The notes below the pieces were generated by a model, which did not search any database, was not told the origin of the DNA, and saw nothing but the letters and a program-made list of their open reading frames with translations. Shown one piece after another: positions 45,049 through 64,000 of a DNA stretch of 64,000 nucleotides. Made by a program: the position numbers and the translations under genes. Position 1 is the first letter of the stretch. Each line of letters starts with the position of its first letter. Source of the stretch: the human T2T-CHM13v2.0 reference genome, Homo sapiens; assembly GCF_009914755.1 (NCBI RefSeq), contig NC_060927.1; one strand, 5' to 3'.

Positions 45049-48000
45049 CCCTCCCTGCTACTCCTAGCCCCCAACCAAGCACTCTTCTCAGCCCGAACAC
45101 CCCATGTGGGCTTTTGCCTTTCCTTCCTCTCTTATTTTCCTTCAATCCCATTATTTTTCTCTCATCCCGAAGTAAATACCCTACTTTTTCCTTTTCAGGT
45201 TGTTTTTATTCATTGGCCCAAATTAGCATGAATGTAATATAGGAATGGAAAGAATTCTCCTTAGCAGTTAGAGGCAAGCAGAAAAGAAGGGACAAGCATG
45301 TACACATTAAATTTTTTTATTCCCATCGCATGTAAATGCTTAGTTTCAAAACAATTTACTGTCATTATGTTTTATTTTGTTCTGAAACTCCAAGCTCTTT
45401 AAAAGACAATTCGAATTCTTATGATGTCTCAGGATCATTCTTTTTTAGGATCCCTTGGGATCTTGAATCAGTGGGAAACTGAATAAAACTCTCCACCGTT
45501 ACGTGAAACCACAGAGATCTCAAGAGTTCTCTAAGGTTGGACGTGCCAAATTCTTTGATACGTCCCCGGCCCCTTAGAAGAAATGCTGGGACACAGTGCA
45601 ATGCCAGGTGCTCAGGGGTCTGTGGCCCCCTGCATTGCCACTCAGAAGGCAAGCGTGAAATTCTGTCTGCTTCGAGAATGCATAAGCTGACATTTCCAGA
45701 TTACCTCTTTTTCTCACACAAACTTTGTTTTTGTACTGTTTTGCTTTTAATGGGTAAGGAGACGTTTGATCATGATTAATCCAAATTTGTAAAATTTGTT
45801 AAGTGTTAGAATACTACCAAGAAAGGGCAACCCTATAAAAATATAGATTACACTACTTTTTTTCTAAAATGTTCAATAAATTTTAGGTTATTGGTAATTG
45901 AACATCAAGCTAACCATAGATTTTCGTATCATTTACTAGTTTCAATTATGTGAAGTTTAATAATATGAAAATGACAATGTGTTTTTAAAAAGTTCAAGAT
46001 ATCCTTTGGTACATAATGGAACTTTAATAAATATTCATAAATGAATCATTCTTCAAGAGACTACATTATTGGAAGAGGTTGCAGCTAATATTCCCTTTAC
46101 TGGAAAACTAAAACACTGCCTTTTTGAAAAACAAAGATTTGCTTACAAATTTACTCTTTAGAAAAAGTCGAATTTCAGGTAGTTTATTTGAATAATGTTC
46201 CCTATGATAATAGTTGCACACATTTTAATAACTGCTATAAATGTATTAGGGAGTACCATACAGGATAGTTAGTTCAGAGGAATGGGGATTGTAACTATAG
46301 TAGAACACATTCTTTCTTTTCAGCCATCAACCTGTCTAGCACTACTTCAATTATGTGATGTGCAACTCTTCGTTATATCTACTTAACTGTTTATTCAGCT
46401 AAGTAAAGAGACATCAACCTAAGTAGCACAAAGTGGCTTCAGATTTTACCCAAGTGCTCGATTGCTTTAAAGACATTATTGAATTCTAACTACATGGTGG
46501 ATAACACTTACATGAAATAAATGAAAATCATTCCGAATGAATGAATTCCTATTTAAAGCATACTATATTACCACTTAGGAGAAATGCTGCAAACTTGAAC
46601 TAAGATGAGAGAAAATTTGAAATAAAGTTCCTTAATTCTAGATAGCTGTTTTGTGTATGCATATGTTTAATAGCATTATAAAATATCACTTCTAAGTCAC
46701 CATTATATGTGCAGACAGCATGTTCTTCGGGCACAAACTTATGTTTCATATGTATCAAGTCACTTAGCACTGCTGGCAAGTGTTGCCAGCCTGAAACATA
46801 AAACAGAGAGGATAATAAAACCTTAACAAGCAGCAATAAAGCTAATGAAATATAATCTCAAATATACTACTCTAATTCATCCCGAGAGGAAACACAATCA
46901 CCCAATCCTAAGGATGAGGAAATGGAGCCAGCTCCATAAAAACACATATTCATCATAGTAACATGGATCATTTTAGAATTAGAACTAAAAGAAAATTCAA
47001 GCTGGTTACAGTGGTGTAATTATCATGACCAAATAGGTGAGGATGACAGGATGAAGCAACAGTTCACATATGGTTATTTTGGCTCCATATTTAAAGCTAT
47101 TGAAATGAAAATATTGATATTATTTTTAATGGGGATAACCTTTCATGCTGAGGATAGGGAAATTTCAAGATAGTCAGACTAAGCAGCATTTAAGAAGTGA
47201 GATATGACTTCCAAGACCAGTACGTAAGTGGGTCACAAGTTTATTTACATACAGTTTGCGTGTGCCCATAATAACCATGCAATCTATTCCCAAATAACTT
47301 CAGATTGATGTTTATTACTGTATCCCTTGAGGCTGTAATTTGATAATAGTGCATTTCCTTCCGTATTTCCTATAATTCTCATCTGTCTTTGAGAAACTAG
47401 AATTCCAATTTAAGAAAAAGGGAGCAGAGAGGAGAGAGAAAAGGAAATGAAAGGATGAATGAGGCAGAGAAAGGAGATAAGAGGAAGGGTACAATTTTCT
47501 GTGAGTCCTTTCTCTGTAGCTTTTACTTTTTGCACACACAAGTGATTTAAGGGAACAATCTAAACAATAGAGAACAGACTAATCCAAATATAAAATTAGA
47601 ATAGACAAGATTTCCTTATTTTAATAGACAACCTCTGTGATTCTGCATACGGTATAGTTTATGCATACAAGTAAGTTAGTAAAGGGAAACAGATAGATAG
47701 TCCATTCTCAGAAGCATCCACAGGACAACTAGGAGTTCTGTGCTTAGTTTTCAATTGCCAGATGATTTTTTTTTAACTACAGGAATTTGTATCAATAACT
47801 GATTTTCCCAAAAAGGCTCAGGAAACACGTAATGTCAAGTAGGGTCAAACAATGAAGACAGGATATGCAACTCGGCTTGGTTATGTTTAAGATAAGCAAA
47901 AGTAATGTAGAAGAGCAAGATGGTGTACTTAGATTATATAGACATTTGGAATTTCTATTATTCAAAGGGCAACCTCAAAAAACTGGTAGAAATATTTTCT

Positions 48001-48118
48001 CAATACAATGAATTCTTGGATAGTATGAATACCTGTCACAGGCAGAACTAACTGAAGCATTTTTGAAAACTTGAACAAGCTGCTTGAAAACACAACAATA
48101 AAAAGAAATAAGGTGTCA

Positions 48119-48360
48119 TGAAAAATGTACAAATAATAAGAATAAATGTTTTCTGTCCTTACATTTCATGAGTACAAAATGTACAAATAATAAGAATAAA
48201 TGTTTTCTGTCCCTACATTTCATGAGTACAATATAGATTATGTACTATGAAAAATGAAAATGTACAAATAATAAGAATATTATTTAAAAAATATGAAAAT
48301 GTACAAATAATAAGAATAAATGTTTTCTGTCCCTACATTTCATGAGTACAATATAGATTA
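48119..48360. repeat. Complex tandem repeat of a ~54-64-bp AT-rich unit (3 full copies, 1 partial)
   Basis: Unit aaatgtacaaataataagaataaatgttttctgtcc(c/t)tacatttcatgagtaca at ~48123, ~48177, ~48257 (partial) and ~48297. Confidence 0.9.
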
Positions 48361-48912
48361 CAAGATTTAACTCTTTTATAAATAATCAAATATATTTTAT
48401 TTGCTTTCTGTTGCCTCATTTCTCTTTTAAAATATGCGTACTTCTATCTATTGATTTTATTTCACTTTGGTTGATAGGAGTTCAACCACTGACCTGTAAA
48501 CTGTCCCCTTCTAAAAGATAATGCCCATGATTTTCCACTTGTCTTGAAATTTTAATATCTAGGTTACATTTTTCATCATTAAAATAGTTATTTAGTTTAT
48601 TAGTAACCTTTGAAGGATGTCTTGAGCATTAATAGTAGAGTGGAAAAACACTAGAAATTATTATTTTTGCAAGAGCTATAGAAGTTAGTGAGGGGTTAAT
48701 GCTACTTTATGCCTAAAGATTATAATATATGCCTGGCCATTCTTTCAATTAAAATAAAATCAAAGCAATGTCTTTAACATATATCTGTTTTCACTGAATA
48801 GTAACAATTCTATCAGTCTGTGGTGAAAGGGAAAATCTCAATATTAAGGACATAAATTGACAATATTTGCAATACGAAAGATATTCCGTGGAATAGGGAC
48901 ACATTTGTGGGG

Positions 48913-48919
48913 TTTATAT

Positions 48920-48966
<47 letters not shown>

Positions 48967-49225
48967 TTTTTCGAGACGGAGTCTTGCTCTGTCACCCAGG
49001 CTGGAGTGCAGTGGTAGGATCTGGGCTCACTGCAACCTCCGCCACAGGCTCCCAAGTAGCTCGGATGCTACAAGCACCCCATACTCCGCGCTGATTTTTG
49101 TATTTTAAGTAGAGACGGGGTTTCACCATGTTGGCCAGGACGATTTCGAACTCCTGGCCCCATGATCCTCCCGCTTCGGCCTCCCAGAGTGCTGGGATTA
49201 CAGGCACGAGCCAACGGGCACGGCC
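48913..49225 (-). mobile_element. AluS-like SINE with a (TTTA)n tail and right-arm deletion
   Basis: Reverse Alu. TSD-like acatttgtg (48901-48909) / acattcgtg (49226-49234). Confidence 0.88.
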
Positions 49226-51230
49226 ACATTCGTGTTTTAAGAGGATACTTTGGGTCATTGCGCAGTCTGAAGAGTCATTTTACTTTGCTTTCATTTATAA
49301 GACATTCATGTACTGCCATCGTGTGGTCAATCCAGCACACATCAGCTTATTTGAAATGGTATGAAAAGTCAAGAAAAAAAAAAAAAGACTGTGCTATTTG
49401 TTTTGGTTCATGCTGATAGCCTTTATCTTGCCAAAAAGAGCTTAGCAAAAGAGTTAGCTGGAATATACCATAGATGTAAACCCAAGCACTTTTATTTACC
49501 AGAGGACCCAGGCGGTGTGTGTTTGAAGTCAGAACCAAGTCAATCTAGCTGATAAAACCACAGGGAGCAAATAATATTTATTATTTCCTGTTTAATATTC
49601 TGGATATTTCATATAGAAGATCTATCAAAAGTCCAAAGTTGTGTTATTTATATAACTTTTTCCAAAATCACAAGTTACAGTTAAAATGATATTTTATAAC
49701 TGTAGTGCCTTTTTAATGCAACTAAAAAAAGCTGTGTGCATAAATAGACAAATACAAGTGCAGATACAGGGGAAGTCAAAGTGATTTAAATTGAAAATGT
49801 TAAAGACACAGCACAAGATCATACTTTTGTCATTTAGATAATTTCATCTGTTTTCAAGAGTACAAGATCAAATGAGGTCCAACTCCCTTCTACTTAATTT
49901 TAGTATCATCTCTAATACTGAGGGTGGGTGTAATCATTCAAATCGTAATCATGATGAAATTGTTTAATGGAATCATATCTTATAAATTAAAATCTTTCTT
50001 CCAGTCAGAACACGAAAATCAAAAGCAAAATTTGATAAAAGAGTGATTCTGGATTTAAATACAAAAGGTCTTATATTGTAAAGCCCTTAAATTGTTTTCT
50101 AGAAATAAAACCTTTCCAACATTTAAATATAGCAAAAACTACAGGGAAGCATAATTCTATTAATGACTTCTTTCACCTTAGAAAGTATCAGATGAGCTGA
50201 TGAATTTTCTGCCTTCAACTGATAGTTTTAGAGAGAGAAGTATCATTTCAACTCCCATATCTTTACGTATTGTTTCAAGAAATGCCAAATGCCTTTCAAA
50301 ATATTATCTCAGAATGTAAGATTTAAATACACCAACAAGTTTTAAGAGACAAAATCCTAATTTACTTTCCTTCTTTCCCTTTTTTATTGAACACTCACCA
50401 CAAATTTCTTATTAGATGAAACATAAAAAGTTATCAACAAATATAAAATCAGCCTAAACATAACTATCAGTCTAAATTTTGGTCTTAAACTATCACTAAT
50501 TTTATAACTTTCTTCCATTTAATACAGTCACTTCCTGCATGTTCATGAGTTTATAATGGTCATATAAAATAACTTTTCTCTCATGACCTTTAGTAGGAAA
50601 GAAAGATATTTGTATATGAGAGAAAAAGAAATGAACTAATAAGTAAATATTTTAATGAAGAAAGAAAAAATGTATTGAGTAGAGATGAAGATTATCCAAT
50701 CTAAAGATTAGACATGCACTGTTCTTTTGGTTATGAGATTCTATTATGGAAAACAAAACAAACTGAGTAAATAGATATATTAAAACAGGTAGAAGTCTAG
50801 CCAAATTTTGACACTCTTGAAAGACTTAATAATGAAAAGAGATAGGTCCACAATTAAGACCAGTCTACACATTATTTAATTGCCTGCCAATCCCAGAAAA
50901 ATTGAATTTAGTCACCATTATTAGATGTGGTTCAACAAGAGTGTCTTGGAAGCTGCTTATGATAGGGCTACAAATGAAAGTGTCCTAAATTTTTAACCCT
51001 CATGAAGAGATGAGGGACAACCAGAAGATCTAGCTATGGGCAACATCGAGGAAGGAGCACTGGCCAGCTTCATAAATACAAGTCTGTGTTCTAGGGAGAA
51101 GGAAGAATGGAAGCAATCTTACTCAATATTCTTTTGACTGAAAGTACAGAAACTCATTTGAGATAGTTTATGCAAAAAAAGGGTATGTATTCTGTAGATA
51201 TAAGTGTATAGTGCTACTCAAAGTGATTTA

Positions 51231-51336
51231 GTGTTCGCCTTGGCAGTACATATACTAAAATTAGAATGATACAGAGATTAGCGTGGCCCCTGTGCAAGGA
51301 TGACACGTTCTAAAAATTTATTAAAATAAAAAAAAA
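51231..51336 (+). pseudogene. U6 snRNA retropseudogene
   Basis: gtgttcgccttggcagtacatatactaaaattagaatgatacagagattagcgtggcccctgtgcaaggatgacacg matches U6 nt 1-80. It has internal deletions, an A-rich tail and no PSE/TATA upstream. Confidence 0.92.
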
Positions 51337-51544
51337 GATTTAAAGAGCATGATGGAATTTGGTATAGAAATTGAGAAGAAGCATTTAGAAAGTTGTGAGC
51401 AATTTGAGAAAGCAGTTTTTTGCCTGCTGATTCTTTAATAAAAAGGCATAGTCGCTGTGTGATTCCTATGGCGACTGTAACACATTACCAAAAACTTCGC
51501 GGCATAAAAAAAATTTATTCTGCCACAGTTCCGGATGCCACTCC

Positions 51545-52317
51545 AGCCATCCTCTTTGAAGAAGGGCCTTGAGCTAAATGAAGCATCTTTGCCCCCATAA
51601 GCAGAGAAGAGGAAATGCTTGGAATTTGCAACCACCATGCCTCCCAAGATGGTCACAAGCTAATGACTCATTGGTGTGGGAGTATGAAAGCCCAGTTCCC
51701 TTGCCTTAAGTCAGGACAAACAGTGCCTTGTAACTTACATTCCAAAATTCCCTGCTGAATCAGACTGGCATCACCCCTGCTTGAAGTGGTACCCTGGCTT
51801 CTTACCTTCCCTCCCCTCCTTCCCTCATTCCCTTGCCAATTTAACCTGGAACACTTCTTTAATAAATTATTTGCATATGAATTCCTAGCCTAATATTTCC
51901 TTATTTTGAAGAAATTTACCTAACACAAAGAGTATCTTTCTTTTTTTTATTTTTTTTATTTTTTTTATTTTTTCGAGGCGGATTCTCGTTCTCTCTCCCA
52001 GGCTGGAGTGCAGGGGCGCGATCTCGCTCACTGCAAGCTCTGTCTCCTGGGTTCACGCCATTCTCCTGCCTCAGCCTCCCGAGTAGCTGGGACTACAGGC
52101 GCCCGCCACCACGCCTGGCTATTTTTTTGTATTTTTAGTAGAGACGGGGTTTCACCGTGTTAGCCAGGATGGTCTCGATCTCCTGACCTCGTGATCCACC
52201 CGCCTTGGCCTCCCAAAATGCTGGGATTACAGGCGTGAGCCACCACGCCCGGCCGAGAGTTATCTTTCAGATGCCTTGTTTATCGTTTCCTTAGATTGGG
52301 GAACCCAACCTAAGACA
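51545..52317 (+). mobile_element. LTR16-like (ERVL) LTR remnant, interrupted by AluY
   Basis: 'agctaatgactcattggtgtgggagtatgaaagcccagttcccttgcc', 'aataaattatttgca' and terminal 'gggaacccaacctaagaca'. Confidence 0.6.
51941..52254 (-). mobile_element. AluY
   Basis: Y diagnostics 'gcaagctc', 'gggttcacgccattctcc' and 'ttagccaggatggtctcgatc'. TSD gagtatctttc / gagttatctttc. Confidence 0.93.
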
Positions 52318-53194
52318 ATGACTATGTGATACAAACAAAGAGCAATATGAGCAGCCAATCCCCCTTGAAGAACTGGAACCAAATCATCTCACTCTCTCTC
52401 CAGGCCACTGGAGCCTCATGGCTGCTCTGTTTCTTCCTTCACGTCTGTTTTATTTTTGTGTCTGCACACACATCTCTGCTTTATGGCACTTAACCATAGC
52501 TCTCAATCTAACTCTTCTGTTTCAATTCATGATTTCCTTTCATTTAATATAGTAACTTTTCACAGCCTTTTTAAGAATTTGAAAATAAATTTTCGTGTAA
52601 AAGAAATGTATTTCAATAAACTTTAATAGAAAAGAAAGATTACTCCATAACTCTAAAGATTACAAAACTCTTTATAGTGATAAGCCAGATTATTTCTAGT
52701 CCCATTTGTGTGGAATAAAAGTAAATATGGTTGACTCATTTTATTGATAGAAAGTGTAATGATACTGATAAAAATTAGTAGAATTATACAGTATACAAAT
52801 GACTGCCAAGTCCCACGACTCTTGGAAGTTTCCTTCTCCTTTAAAAGAAAAGGTGCATGGTTTGGCTCAAGGTATGGCACTCGGTATTGTACATAGCTAC
52901 CCAAGTTCAGGCTACAGGGAATATCTGCAAAGAGAGCCTTTATTGGACCTTGGAGAAAAAAGTGAGAAAAACCCTAGCTGACCCAGAGGGATTTCCTGAG
53001 CAAGAGTGTATTTGTCTTTGAGAACAGAAAGAGTTTAAACTGAAAGTGACATTTTAAAAAGTGATTAACAATTACACCATTTATTGAGGAGTACAATTTT
53101 AACTTGGCCATTGGGAGTTTTATTGGTTAAAATAATTTAAGATAACGTTTTTAATATTATGATTAAATATAATATTATTACTATTTAAAAGGTA

Positions 53195-53415
53195 ACTTTT
53201 TTACAGAGTACCTATTATATATCAAGCCCTGTATTTAAATCTCTACATGCCATAGCTCATTTACATGTCGCATTGATACTTTGATGTGGATATTATTCCT
53301 ATTTTAAATATTCCAAAGCTGAAACTTAAAGAATAATAGCTCACTCACAGCTAATCATCTGGAAGGGGAACCTAGATCTCTGTCACCAGAGCCCAGGTCA
53401 TTTCCACACTGCTAT
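53195..53415 (-). mobile_element. MIR SINE (degraded)
   Basis: 'tattattcctatttt...aagctgaaactta...cacagctaat...ccagagccca'. Confidence 0.5.
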
Positions 53416-54223
53416 ACCATCTTAAGCTGTCTTCTGTGTTAGCTCTTTCTCTCAGTGTGTCAATGAACAATTCTGTTTCTAAGCCAGTGCTCATTCTACT
53501 GCATCAGCTGCTTCAGCTTTACTTCTTTCTCTCTGAGAAGTTCCTCCCCATCAAGCCCATGGTGCTAATGAAAGGGATTCATGAAGAGTGAAGGACATAT
53601 CACATGTACACATTGACCCATGTCATGCCCTGTCTAGTTTCTCAGAATGTGCACACATGTCCTCTGCAGGAAGTTATGAACCTTCACCTGGATCCATGTG
53701 ATAAATTTCAAACAAGCTTAAGCGTTCTTGTCTCTACAATGAATTAAATGCAATTAGGCAACACACAGCAGAATATACCAAATGACCTGTCACTCCATTG
53801 TGATTATTTTATTTAAAAATAATCCTACCTGGTTATAACTTAAGCCACAGATATAAAGTGGAGAAGAGTTCTTGATTGTCCTTGAGAAAAATCAGAAATG
53901 AAAATGACTCTGTCTCATTGAAGCTTTGAATCAGAGATTACAACTTAAGAATAAACAGTCGAAAAATTACTACATTATGGAAAACCACAAAAATACACAT
54001 TTTAAACTGTTAAGATGAATTAAGACATCATATAGATTAGTGAAAATAATATAAAATTTAATTATGATCCATATCACAAAGTTATTATTCCTACTTTAAT
54101 TGGTGAATTTGGACCACATACACAAATTCCCAAACACCATGCATCTGTCACTGACTTCACGTTCATGACTGTGTTCCCTAATTAAAGTCTGTTTCAGTTC
54201 AGTATGCCAGAATTCGATGTTTT

Positions 54224-60360
<6,137 letters not shown>

Positions 60361-60377
60361 CCTGGATTCAATGCTTT

Positions 60378-61200
60378 ATTGCAACTCAGGCACTGTGTTA
60401 GATTCTGAGGGGATCAGTATGAGAGATCCATGGGCCCTGATCTCAAGGACGGCACTTACAACCTTGCTGTAACATAATATATTACGTTCTATTCATTCAA
60501 GATATATTTATTGAGTGCATTCTTCCAGGAACTGGTATCCAAGGTGAAAGAAAAAAAAGGCTGCTTTAATGGTATACATGATTTCGTAAAGCAGATGGAT
60601 ATTTATAAAGGAATAATACAAATAATCATTAAAATGGGTAAGTCTGTGAAGGAAAGGAATATGGTGTTATGTGAGTGTGTAATAGAGGTGCTCAGTCTAT
60701 CATGGAGGGCAGCAAAGACCTCCTTGAACAAACGATGATTCAGCTAAGATTTGATGACAGAGACAAGGTGAGCTAAATAAAATAAAAAGGGGAATGGTGA
60801 ATTTCTAGAGTGAGAAATTAACGTATGCTAAGGTCCCATGAACAGCTGTTTGAGAAACTGAATAACATCCAGAATGAATGGAGAGCAAAGTACAAGGAAA
60901 GAAAAAGTATAAGATTAGGCTGCTAATGTAGGCCAGGCCAGGCAGAGAGTAGGATACTAAATTAAGAATGCTAATCCTCATCTAAGAGCCAAGAAAGCCA
61001 CTGAAGAGATTTTGCTGGAGAGTGGTGATAGATCACTCTGGCTGCAGTAAAGAGAATGGATAGAAACAAATAAGGATAAAAAACAACCAGATAGAAAAAG
61101 ACTGTAGCAGTAAAGATGGAAGGTGTTGGTGGCTTTGCCAAGAGTAGTAGTGTTGAAGATGGTCAGAAATAAATATTTTTGTGAAGTATTTAGGAGCTAA
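60378..61200 (-). mobile_element. L2 LINE fragments
   Basis: 'caggcactgtgttagattctg', 'cattcaagatatatttattgagtgc' and 'gatcactctggctgcagt'. Confidence 0.6.
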
Positions 61201-61386
61201 TACCAACAAAAATGTACAAGAGCATAAAAATATTTGGCCAGAATATAGACAGAATAATTCATTCTTCCTAGAGTAAAAAAGAAAGACTTCACAGAAGTGG
61301 TATTCAATGGGTACTTAAATAACAAATAGAAGTTTATCAGGGCAAAACTGAGAGAATTATATTTTATGTAGAGAAAACAGCACAAC

Positions 61387-62242
61387 TGTATTAGTTTGTT
61401 TTCTGTTACTTATAACAAAATACCTGAAGCCGGGCAATCTATTTTTTAAAAGGAATTTATTCCTTACAGTTATGGAGGCTGACAAGTACAAGACTGTGGG
61501 CACCAAAAGTTCAGACATTAAATTTTAAAGCTAGAGAATAATCTCCCATGACTCCATATCCAGCATTCTGTGTATACTGGTACAGGGGTTGGGACCCCAA
61601 GTCCTCAGGCAGCCTTGCTTCCATGACTTTCCATGGCTCAGCCCACACTTCAGCTCTTCCAGGCTGGTGTTGCACCCTAGTAGATCTACAGTTCTAAGAT
61701 CTCAGTGGCAAATTCGCTCCTACAGCTCCCCAAGTCGTTGCCTTAGTAGGGGGTTCTCTATGGTGTCTCCTCCCCTGCAACAAGTCTCTGCCTGGGCCCA
61801 CAGGCTGTTTGATACATTCTTTGAAATTAGGTGGAAGTTGTCATGCCTCCACAGCTCTTGCATTCTGTGGACCTGAAGTTTTAACATCATGTGGATGCCC
61901 CGGAGGATTAAGGTTTGTACCTTTGGAGCGGTGCCTAGTGAAGCCATACCTGGGGCCAATTGAACCACAGCTGGGTGGTCAAGGAGTGCTGTGCTGAAAT
62001 ATAGACAGCATATACCTAAGGGATCTCTGTGAAGGAGCCTATGGAGGGCACTCCAGGCCTGTACCCAAAAACCATTCTGCCTTCCTAGACCTCTTAGCCT
62101 GTTATGAAAGGAGCAGTTTCAAAGATATCTGAAATGCCTTGGAGGTATTTCTTCCATTGTCTTGTGGAATAGCATCTGGCTCCCTTCTATCCATACTAAT
62201 TTCTTTAGCAAATGGTCCCTGGGCTACATTTTTGTCTCTCTC
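61387..62242 (-). mobile_element. MST-type MaLR: partial LTR (61387-61504) joined to MST-int
   Basis: Starts 'tgtattagtttgttttctgttact'. Internal 'aagatatctgaaatgccttggagg...ccattgtcttg' is an MST/THE1-int motif. Confidence 0.75.

Positions 62243-64000
<1,758 letters not shown>

Noticed and set aside
48119-48360. Repeat-linker-repeat pattern resembling a CRISPR array
   Set aside because: Units are adjacent or joined by irregular locally derived linkers, there are no cas genes and the DNA is eukaryotic.

Overview
AT-rich primate genomic DNA, most likely human because it carries an L1HS with pre-Ta (ACG/G) diagnostics. It is intronic or intergenic, and I found no host-gene exon I can support. 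The window is dominated by transposable elements. There are four minus-strand primate L1s: a full-length pre-Ta L1HS at 36.1-42.2 kb (intact ORF1 and ORF0, ORF2 broken only by two nonsense codons), a full-length decayed L1PA6-like element at 54.2-60.4 kb, and two 5'-truncated L1PA2/L1PA3 copies. It also holds nine Alus, many MaLR/ERVL/ERV1 LTRs, hAT and mariner fossils (Charlie7-like, MER1B, MER5, MADE1), MIR/L2 remnants and a U6 pseudogene. The most unusual signal: three independently inserted L1s of different ages share the same non-CpG nonsense change in the ORF2 CCHC motif (L1141*), inside a 234-bp block that is identical or nearly identical between them. This suggests local L1-to-L1 gene conversion or an assembly artefact. 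The fourth L1 is also mutated at that base. Other points: an Alu fused tail-less to an L1 5' end, a MADE1 hairpin with mirrored arm substitutions, several recent tandem duplications and CpG-rich patches. Subfamily calls come from remembered consensus sequences and need RepeatMasker/Dfam confirmation.
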